Assembly: GCF_006345805.1 (NCBI RefSeq)
Contig: NW_021826239.1
Coordinates: forward strand, 1 to 36,049
Length of the DNA: 36,049 bases
Direction: 5' to 3'
Source of the DNA: Octopus sinensis
Taxonomy: Eukaryota
The notes under the pieces are model-generated. The model was not told where the DNA came from. It ran no database searches and saw nothing but the letters and a program-made list of their open reading frames with translations. Both the position numbers and the translations under genes were made by a program. Positions within the stretch are counted from its first letter, which is position 1. Every line of letters starts with the position of its first letter. This document shows positions 24,720 to 34,047 of this stretch, piece after piece.

Positions 24720-27410
24720 AGAAGCAGGCCAACCCAGAAAAGAAGGATTTGGAAGCTAAAGAACCCTTCACATGGTCAGAGATTCAGGAACATCCTCATC
24801 AAGAAATTTGAGAGGGAGGAGGAGCTACAGACACTGGAAATAGAAGGTCGCTGGAAATTCCTATGGGACAGCTTGCTGAATGCCACAGACCAAGTCTGTG
24901 GATGGTGCAAAGTCCCTTCCAGACCTAGAGTTACATGGTGGTGGAATAGTACAGTAGACAAAGCCATTAGACCAAAGAAACAGGCCTGGAAAGCCTGGAA
25001 GGATGGGGGTAGCAGGACACTGTGCCAGGTAGCCAAAAGAGAAGCTGGGCGGCAGGTATACATAGCCAAAGGCAATGCGGAAAAGAAGAAGTTTGCCAAT
25101 GTCCAGCGACATGAGGACCAAAGAACTGAGGTATTTCGGATTGCTAGACAGTGTGTGAGAGAAAATTGTGATGTCACAGGAGAGAAATGTGGCCGCATGG
25201 ATGATGGTGCACTTGCTTTTAATGTTTATGAAAAGAAAGAGGCTTGGAGAAGCCATTATGAAAGACTGCTGAATGTGGAGAATGAATGGGAGGAGGAGAG
25301 CCTGCCAAACGTTGACCCTGTAGAGGGACCAGCTATCCATATAGACAGCTCTTTAGTAGATAAAGCAATTAAGAGTATGTAGCCAGGAAAAGCCCCCCCC
25401 CCATCAGAAATCACTGCTGAGATGCTTAAAACATCTGGTGGTGTGGGCTATGGCTCAGTCACCTGCATTGTAAACCAGGTAGTTCTTAATGGAGTCATAC
25501 CCAATGACTGGCGTAGCAGCACCATAGTCAACTGCTACAAGGGTAAAGGTGATGCTCTAGATAGAAATAACTACAGGGGTATCAAACTGCTGGATCAGGT
25601 GATGAAGGCCATGGAGAGGGTCATAGCCCATCTCATTTGGGAGTTTGCTTATGTGAGATGCAGTTCGGTTTTGTGCCGGGTAGAAGCACCACTGATGCCA
25701 TATTCCTGGTTTGACAACTGCAGGAGAAATACCTAGTAGACTTGGAGAAAGCCTTTGACAGGGTCCCCCAATCCCTTACCTGGTGGGCGATGCGGAAACT
25801 GGAGATTGATGAGTGGTTAATAAGCGCTGTACAGGCCCTATACAGAGAGGCTGTTAGTAAGGTTAGGATTGGCAATGAATATAGTGAAGAATTCCGGGTA
25901 GAAGTAGGGGTCCACCAAGGTTCAGCACTCAGTCCCCTTTTATTCATCATTGTCCTCCTGGAAATAAGAGGAATTCAAGATGAGTTGCCCCTGGGAGCTC
26001 CTCTATGCTGATGACCTGGCCCTCATTGCAGAATCACTATCAGAACTAGAAAAGAAATTTCGGGTGTGGAAGCTAGATTTAGAATCAAAAGGTCTTAGAG
26101 TCAATGTAACAAAGACCAGAGTTATAGTAAGTAGGAAGGCGAACTCATCACACACATCCTCAGGTCGGGGGCCCTGCTCAATCTGTAGAAAAGGTATAGA
26201 TAGAAACTCCATAAGATGTACCCAGTGTAAGCTATGGATATGTAAGTGGTGAGGCAACATCAAAGGAAAACTAACCAGGAAGATAGATTTCGTGTGCAGC
26301 AGATGCACAGGGGCAATAGACACAATTGATACTCAGAAAACAGATACCATCACACTCCAGGGGGAGAAACTAGAAGTAGTTGATAGTTTCCGCTACCTAG
26401 GTAACCAAGTTAGTAGTGGAGGTGGATGCTCAGAGAGTGTCACCACTAGATTAAGAATAGCCTGGGCAAAGTTTAGAAAACTCCTACCCCTACTGGTGAC
26501 AAAGAGTCTCTCAGAGTGAAAGGTAGATTGTATGACACATGTGCGAACTGCCATGCTTTACGGCAGTGAAAAATGGGCTGTGACTGCGGAGGACATGCGT
26601 AGGCTTGAAAGAAATGAAGCTAGCATGATCCGCTGCATGTGTAATGTCAGTGTGCACACATGACAGAGTGGAAGCGCCTTGAGAGAAATGTTGGACATAA
26701 GCATCAGATGTGGCGTGCAGGAAAGACGTTTGCGCTGGTATGGTCATGTACTAAGGATGGATGAGAAGAGATGTGTGAAGAAGTGCCACTCCCAAACAGT
26801 TGGGGTAGAGGTAGACCCAGGAAGACATGGGATGAGGTGGTCAAGCATGACCTTCGAACGTTGGGCTTCACAGAAGCAATGACGAAAGAGATATGCTGTG
26901 ACTGCGAAGACCCGACAAATAATGTGAGTTCATGGCTGTTTCCTGTACCAGCTTCACATAGCAGCCCCACACATCCAAAGTACATTGGTTGACAGGACAG
27001 CCTGCTTTACTTGAAGAGACCTATTGAGTCAAGTACATCAACATCAACATGAAAATGAAAATGAAATGGAAATTGTAGTTGTGATACCCGTGCCAGTGGC
27101 ATGTAAAAAACCATCATCCAAACATGGTTTTTTACATGCCAGCGCTGCCTTGACTGGCTTCTGTGCTGGTGGCACGTAAAAAGCACCAACTGATTGCGGC
27201 CGTTTCCAGCCTCCCCGGCATCTGTGCCGGTGGTATGTAAAAAGCATCCACTACACTCACGGAGTGGTTGGCGTTAGGAAGGGCATCCAGCTGTAGAAAC
27301 ACTGCCAGATCAGAATGGAGCCTGGTGCAGCATCCTGGTTTCCTTGACTCCGGTCAAACCGTCCAACCCATGCTAGGATGGAAAACAGATGTTAAACGAT
27401 GATAATGATA
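24720..27410 (+). mobile_element. Second, more decayed RTE LINE related to 7032-9425
   Basis: Homologous ORF pieces (TWWWN, NYRGIKLL, KAFDRVP, GVHQGS, LYADD, RRLRWYGHV) with many frameshifts and stops. Same type of 3'UTR, ending gttaaacgatgataatgat. Confidence 0.93.
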
Positions 27411-27693
27411 CATATATATACATACATAATAATAATAATATGAGGAAATATTATTCCAAACTTACAGGGAAAAATTCAATTTAGGAATACTAAATCAAAT
27501 TTCACAAAATATAATATATACATATATATATATAAATTAGTAAAAAACCACCTTTTATCAATTCAAAATGAAAAGTTAAATTACACCATCTAGAAAATTA
27601 CATATAATAGAAAGATTAAATATAAGATAAAAAATATAATGATGATTAAGTAATTTAAAAAAATGATAAATAAAATGTATATGTTTGCTAGAA

Positions 27694-27794
27694 TAACGAC
27701 ATATGTTTTGTGGCTATATTTAAGAAATGATTATAGTAAAAATAGTAATAGTAGTAAAATCACTTCAATATAAATATAGCCACTCATCAGGTTA
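27694..27794 (-). ncRNA. Minimal type I hammerhead with long stem II, G12A
   Basis: Minus strand: UAAC CUGAUGA GUGGCUAUAUUUA...UAAAUAUAGCCAC AAAAC auau GUC GUUA. It has a 13-bp perfect stem II base and a palindromic ACAUAUGU stem III; only GAAA>AAAA deviates. Confidence 0.7.
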
Positions 27795-27891
27795 AAGATA
27801 ACTACAATAATAAAATAATTAATAAATATACGCAAATAATCTTTTAAAAAATAAACATATTCTTTAAAATCTCTCTCTCTCTCTTTCTCTC

Positions 27892-27931
<40 letters not shown>

Positions 27932-29154
27932 ATACAAAATATACCTTAAGTGAAAACTAAATACAACACTTTAAACTATAGACATTAAATCAAATTATTA
28001 ATCAATATATTTATTTAATTAATAAACATCCAGTCTAATACCCATTAAGCAATTTTTGATTCCACTATTGACTTGTACTAGCATTGGGTATATTAATTAA
28101 GACACTAAAACATATTTTCATACATTTAAAATCCAGTAATGTTGTTTGTTGATCAATATTGTTTGGATTTTGTATTATATTGACTTTGATTGTTGTTATT
28201 ATTATTGTTATTTGACTGGATTTGTAGTGAATTGTCGGTTGTATTTGAATGTCTTCATAGTGTATTGTTCTTTTGTTCTAATATTTTTCGTACCTTTCTT
28301 TAATTCATGGGGCTTAGATGTTTTTCGTATTTTTTCATTATTTAATAGTTTTCGCCATTTTCATTGATAATTTATTCTATTTGTTTACACTGTCTTCACG
28401 CATTTAATTTTTATAAACACTAAGACCTATGTATTCGTTTACGTTTAAAATTCAGTTATATTATTTTATCAACAGGCTAAGTAACGGTTTTTGCTTATAA
28501 ATATTATTTGGCTTTTGAATTATATTGGGTTTGATTATTATTGTTATTATTATTGTTGTTGAAATATTATTCTTTTTATATATATTGATAGTTATTAATT
28601 ATGATATCTATTTATTTAGAATGCTTTATTATTATTTTATAAAGGGATTTAATGTATTACATATAATTTAATTTGAGAATTAATTTTGTTAGACAATACA
28701 TTATTTAATAATTAGGTGGTATATTAATCAAGTAGTATTACATTTAAGTATATTAGTTTTTATATTAATTGATATTTTGGTCAACTATATTATTGAATGA
28801 TATAGTAAATCTATAGATACTACATATATATTAATTATATAGTTAGTTTATATAATGGATGTATCTATATTTGAACCATTTTTTATTTTGATGCCAGTAT
28901 TTATGTATATAAATTAATATTAAGGTTTTTATTATTAATTGCTTAATGAGTATTAGACTTTATTTGGATGTTTATTAATTAAATAAATATATTAATTAAT
29001 AATTTGACTTAATGTATATAGTTTAAAGTGTTGTATTTCGTTTTCACTTAAGGTATATTTTGTATCTTATATATATTTTAAAGAATATATTTATTTTTTA
29101 AAAGATTATTTATGTATATTTATTAATTAATTATTTTATTATTGTAGTTATCTT

Positions 29155-29258
29155 TAACCTGATGAGTGGCTATATTTATATTGAAGTAATTTTACTACTA
29201 CTACTAATATTTTTACTATAATTATTGCTTAAATATAGCCGCAAAACACATGTTGTTA
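29155..29258 (+). ncRNA. Mirror copy of the hammerhead, G12A and GUC>GUU
   Basis: taac ctgatga gtggctatattta...taaatatagccgc aaaac acat gtt gtta. Confidence 0.62.
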
Positions 29259-29497
29259 TTCTACCAAATATATATGTTTTATTTATTATTTTGCAAATTA
29301 CTTAATCATCGTTATATAAAATTTATATTATATTTAATCTTTCTATTATATGTAATTCTCTAGATGGTGTAATTTAATTTTTCATTTCGAATTGATAAAA
29401 GGTGGTTTTTTTCTAATTTATATATACATATATATATATATATACACACACACATATATATATACACACACACATATATATATATATATATACACAC

Positions 29498-29529
<32 letters not shown>

Positions 29530-29549
29530 ACATACATATATATACATAT

Positions 29550-29815
29550 ATCATCATCATCATCGTTTAATGTCTGCTTTCCATGCTAGCATGGGTTGGA
29601 CGATTTTGACTGAGGGCTGGCGAACTAGATAGCTGCACCAGGCTCCAATCTTGACCTGGCAGAGTTTCTACAGCTGGATGCCCTTCCTAACGCCAACCAC
29701 TCCGAGTGTGTAGTAGGTGCTTTTTACGTGCCAGTCAGGCGGTACTGGCAATGACATCGCTCGAATCTTTTTACACATGTCACCGATGCAGGTGCCAGTA
29801 AGGCAACGCTGCTAG
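29550..29815 (-). mobile_element. RTE 3'-end fragment
   Basis: Reverse complement of the same RTE 3'UTR, with a (CAT)n tail at 29550-29563. Confidence 0.85.
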
Positions 29816-29904
29816 TATACACATACACACACACACACATAATGTATGTATGCATATGTATACGCACAAGTACATACACATATATTATATATATATTCTC
29901 TTAT

Positions 29905-30215
29905 CTGTAACTTTTTTCAGTCATTAGACTGTGGCCATGTTGGGGAACTGCCTTGAATTTTTTTTAGTCAAATGAACCAACCCCACTACATATTTTTTAA
30001 GCATGATACTTATTCTATCAGCCTCTTTTGTCAAACCGTTTATGGGGACGTAAACACACCAACACCAGTTGTCAAGTGGTGATGGGAGTACCAACACAGA
30101 CACACACACACACAAATATATATTCAACGGGCTTCTTTCAGTTTCCATCTACCAAATCCACGCACATGGCTTTGGTCGGCCCGAGGCTATAGTAGAAAAC
30201 ACTTGCCCAAGGTGT
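29905..30215 (-). mobile_element. SINE family A, 5'-truncated
   Basis: Reverse complement of the SINE A body and 3' end. Confidence 0.8.
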
Positions 30216-30271
30216 CATATATATATACATATATATAAACACACATGTATATATACATATATATAAACACA

Positions 30272-30470
30272 TATGTGACCTCGTGTGTACCATTGGCGAT
30301 TTTTTTTTCCCTCTGTCTTCCCTTCTCTGGATCTTTCCTTCTGACGAAGAGCTCCGCCCGAAACGTTAAACCCTGCTTCTTCCCTTCTTTCCTGAGCGTC
30401 CAATAATACTATATTTGTTCCACGTCCTCGCGTTGTTGTGTTTTTTTGTGCTTTCTTGTTTGGATTAAGT
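30272..30470 (+). mobile_element. Penelope-like terminal repeat fragment with a minimal hammerhead at about 30339-30371
   Basis: tt CTGACGA a gagc tcc gccc GAAA cg tta aa. Palindromic AACGTT stem III, one mismatch in stem II, weak stem I. Sits between TA/CA microsatellites. Confidence 0.6.
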
Positions 30471-30515
30471 ATATATATATACATATATATAAACACACAC
30501 ACACATATATATATA

Positions 30516-30847
30516 TCAGCGCCGCTCCGACTGGCCTCCGTGCTGGTGGCACGTAAAAAGCACCATCCGATCGTGGCCGTTGCCAGCCTTGCCTAGCCTC
30601 TGAGCCGGTGGCACGTAAAAAGCACCATCCGATCGTGGCCATTTGCCAGCCTCGTCTGGCACCTGTGCCAGTGGCACATAAAAAGCACCCACTACACTCA
30701 CGGAGTGGTTGGCGTTAGGAAGGGCATCCAGCCGTAGAAACATTGCCAGATCAGACTGGGCCTGGTGCAGCCTTCTGGCTTCCCAGACCATAGTTGAACC
30801 GTCCAACCCATGCTAACATGGAAAGCGGACGCTAAACGATGATGATA
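30516..30847 (+). mobile_element. RTE 3'UTR fragment
   Basis: Near-identical to 9106-9425, including the gtggcacgtaaaaagcaccatccgatcgtggcc tandem units and the (GAT)n tail. Confidence 0.9.
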
Positions 30848-30886
30848 TATATATATATATATATATATACATATCTATCTGTATAC

Positions 30887-31433
30887 AATAGAAATATTAA
30901 AATTACTAAGTCTCTCTAAAAGAGATTACGGCAGCGTTATTGGAAATTAATAGTTATCGCCATATTAATATGGCAATCTTATAGATATAAGACTAAAGCT
31001 GTTGCTGATTAGCTCCATGAGGCCATCGCCTTAAGCTAGCTATTTGACACACAAACTGCGTCCATTATAACCTTCGAACAAGGGAGGTCAGCCGCTTCAT
31101 CCTGCCAGTCAGACAGCTACAGACGACGTTTCAGGGTTGTTGCCCCTTATCAATGCAGCGTAGTCAGACTTGCAGTTGTCGCTACTGATCGTCTCAGTTC
31201 GAAGGCTTTATTTACCTAGTTTCGGTGGAATACATCCACTTGTTTTCAATAATAGAAATATTAAAATTACTAAGTCTCTCTAAAAGAGATTACGGCAGCA
31301 TTACTGGAAATTAATAGTTATCGCCATATTAATATGGCAGTCTTATAGATATAAGACTAAAGCTGTCACTGATTAGCTCCATGAGGCCATCGCCTTAAGC
31401 TAGCTATTTGACACACAAACTGCGTCCATTATA
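30887..31433 (-). mobile_element. Retrozyme/Penelope-like element: 364-bp unit plus a 183-bp partial direct repeat
   Basis: 30887-31069 is repeated nearly identically at 31251-31433. No ORF. Hammerhead in the unique part. Confidence 0.75.
31107..31170 (-). ncRNA. Type I hammerhead ribozyme with variant U3-A8 core
   Basis: Minus strand: AGUCuGAC uac GCUGCA UUGAUAA GGGG caacaa CCCU GAAAC guc GUC UGUAGC u GUCuGACU. All three stems pair and stem I extends past an internal loop. Confidence 0.75.
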
Positions 31434-31539
31434 TTCAGCTTGTTTCGAGATGCATAAATTATAATGGTTATTGACAATTTTGTATATTTTTGGCATATTT
31501 GACATTAGAATTTTTCTTTTGCCCTTATTTTATAAGTTA

Positions 31540-31927
31540 CTAGCAGTATTGCCTGGCGTTGCTCAGGTTTGTAAGGGAAATAACTATGTAAGCATTTTTA
31601 GAGATGTAAAGTATAATAGCCATCTCAATATGGTTAACCACAAAGGGGGGGTGTTACTGTAGCTTTTTACGTTCTGAGATTTAATAAATTTTTAGAGAGT
31701 TACTTCCCTTATATATGCCAAAAATGCATTAAAAATGGGAAAAATTGATGGTAAATTATTTTTAAAATTGTAGACTCATCGTCGACGCGCTAATACACAG
31801 AAGGGCTCGATATGAATCATGACTATAAGATACCCGGTTTTGGTTAAAACTGCACCGCAAAAGTGGGAGTAGTTAGGAATCTAAATCGTAGGAGACAGAC
31901 AGCACACAACCTCTCTTTTATATATAA

Positions 31928-31930
<3 letters not shown>
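31540..31930 (-). mobile_element. Non-autonomous Helitron
   Basis: Minus strand starts A|TCtttatatataaaagagagg, has a subterminal hairpin cctg-agcaacgc-cagg and ends CTAG|T. No target-site duplication. Confidence 0.8.
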
Positions 31931-31963
<33 letters not shown>

Positions 31964-31965
31964 TA

Positions 31966-32116
31966 TTCGGAATGGTCATATTGCCATTTAGCCAATAAAA
32001 CACACGCACTATATATTGGGGTTATTTTGCTTCAGTGATCTTTATTTTTTACATTAATCTTAATCTTATTTCGGCCAAAGTTCTTGGCTAAAAACTGGCA
32101 ATATGACCATTCCGAA
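31966..32116. repeat. Short inverted repeat (about 30-bp arms), probable MITE or Penelope-type inverted fragment
   Basis: ttcggaatggtcatattgcca-tttagccaa (31966-31995) versus ttggctaaaaactggcaatatgaccattccgaa (32084-32116), between two (TA)n runs. Confidence 0.75.
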
Positions 32117-32180
32117 ATATAACAATATCTGTTTCAAACAACGACTTCACGTAAAAAATATTGCACAACAAATATTAAAC

Positions 32181-32253
<73 letters not shown>

Positions 32254-32619
32254 TGTGTTAGTGTGTGTATTTATGTACATATGCATATGTGTGCTTATAT
32301 TATGGATGAAAGTTTGTATATGCATATAAGTCAAAGGAAATGGGTTATTTCTCCTTACTTAATAGAACCTTTTATTTCTTATGAATTAGTTTTAAAATCA
32401 TAGACAAAGCTTATAGTATATTGTATTGTCTGAAATTCAGATAAGGAAGGATCTGTATAGAATCCATTTGGTGTGTAGTTATATTCTGTATTTGCCTAAA
32501 TATAACTTATGTCATCAGCATTATCTTCAATCTGTTTTATCTGTTATCATATATATATATACATGTATATACATATATATACACAAGCAAAATGTATATC
32601 TATGTATATATATATATGT

Positions 32620-33993
32620 ACGGGCAAAAGCCCCCCCCCTCCTCATCCCGTCCAATGGACGGTGCTGAGTTGTCAAACATTTAAGCCAAATTTGCTTATA
32701 AAAATAGAAGTTCTAGTCACACTAGAACAACACATAAGTGTACAACTCATGGGAGACTTCAATCTACCCAATGTCAGATGGCCCGAGGGCCTTTCTCTCC
32801 CAGGAATGACATGATGTGAACGAGGACAGGCGAGGTCCCTCCTGAACCTCATCAACACCCTGTACATGGAGCAAGTAATACTCCAACCAACCAGGGCAGG
32901 TAACACTGGATCTCTGCTTCACAAATAATATGGATCTCATCCATAATGTGAAAGTGACACCAACACTACTCTCGGATCACAACATGGTAGAGCTGACCAT
33001 GTACGGGCCAAAGGAAAGCATGGACATGCAGCCTACAAGAATCCCTCAGAATCTTTCCAGCTTGAACTTCAATAAGGCAAATGTGTCCCAGAGAGAAAGG
33101 CCACTGTACACAAGAACAAAATCCCCAGAGAGAGAGGAAAATTCTAATGAGACGGCGTACAAAAATTTCAAATCGCCTAAACAAACAAATTGAAAGCAGT
33201 GAAAAGTCCCGCCTGAAAATGAAACTGTTGGAAATTGAAAAATGTCTGCAACTCTCCCATGAAAAGGAAAGAGCAGACAAAGAAGCCTGGGCTATAGACA
33301 ACATAAAATCTAAACCCAGAGCTTTCTACAGGTATGCCAAAGAAACAGCTACGGTGCACTGTAGGATAGGGCCACTCCTTGAAAAGGGGTGGCTCACTCA
33401 CAGGAAATCCAATGAGCTTGGGGCGATCCAACGAGGCTACACGGGAAGATAGCCTCTGTGCAGCATGTAGGCTGCTGGGAGGGACTCAGGAGATTAGAAC
33501 TCTATTCCTTGGAGCGTGGGCGAGAAAGATATGCCAGAATATATGTCTGGAGGGTCCTGAGGGACTTGTCCCAGGCTTTGGCATCGAGAGTCACACAAAT
33601 GCCAGAACCGGACGCCACTGCGTGGTACCAAGGACTCCAAATTTGCCATCAAGATGTAGGACAAGATACTGTGATAGCCTGGGCTTCAGAGGCCCACAGC
33701 TCTTCAATATCCTCCCGAAGAACCTGAGGGACCTGCATGGTGTAGATGCGGATGTCTTTAAAGTAGGACTGGATCTCTTCCTGTCAGGTGTCCCGGATGA
33801 ACCAACTTCACTGCATGTGCGGGCAATTGCAGACTGAGGTTGCTCAGTGATGCATCAGCTGCATCGAACTCTCTCATGCACCAAGGGCAGTTGCTAAAAA
33901 GCATTCTTATGGTAAAATCATTGTAGCAAACCAAATGGCGGTGCCCCAGCATGCCACAGCTCATGAGCTGAAACTGGAAATCAAATCACAATC
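32620..33993 (+). mobile_element. CR1/L2-group LINE copy with internal deletions (endonuclease remnant, linker, 3' end; RT removed)
   Basis: APE endonuclease motifs LMGDFNLP, QPTRAGN(T)LDL and LSDHNMV. 33083-33415 matches 34132-34460, then jumps to match 35723 onward. Ends aaatcaaatcacaatca. Confidence 0.88.
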
Positions 33994-34004
33994 ATATGTA
34001 TATA

Positions 34005-34045
<41 letters not shown>

Positions 34046-34047
<2 letters not shown>

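Larger units (their letters stand above)
27531..29422. repeat. Long inverted repeat (arms 27531-28054 and 28937-29422, about 0.9 kb spacer); Penelope-like inverted pseudo-LTR structure
   Basis: The arms are reverse complements along about 490-520 bp (e.g. ccaccttttatcaattc / gaattgataaaaggtgg; aaatatagccactcatcaggttaaagataactac / gtagttatctttaacctgatgagtggctatattt). The left arm has an extra (CT)n(TA)n. Confidence 0.9.

Noticed and set aside
28055-28936. GIY-YIG/RT coding sequence in the palindrome spacer
   Set aside because: No recognisable motif in the frames read by eye; a profile search is needed.
33405-33425. Splicing as the cause of the 1.26-kb LINE deletion
   Set aside because: GT and CAG lie near the breakpoints in the sibling copy, but the junction is about 3 nt off from an exact splice product; GA microhomology explains it better.
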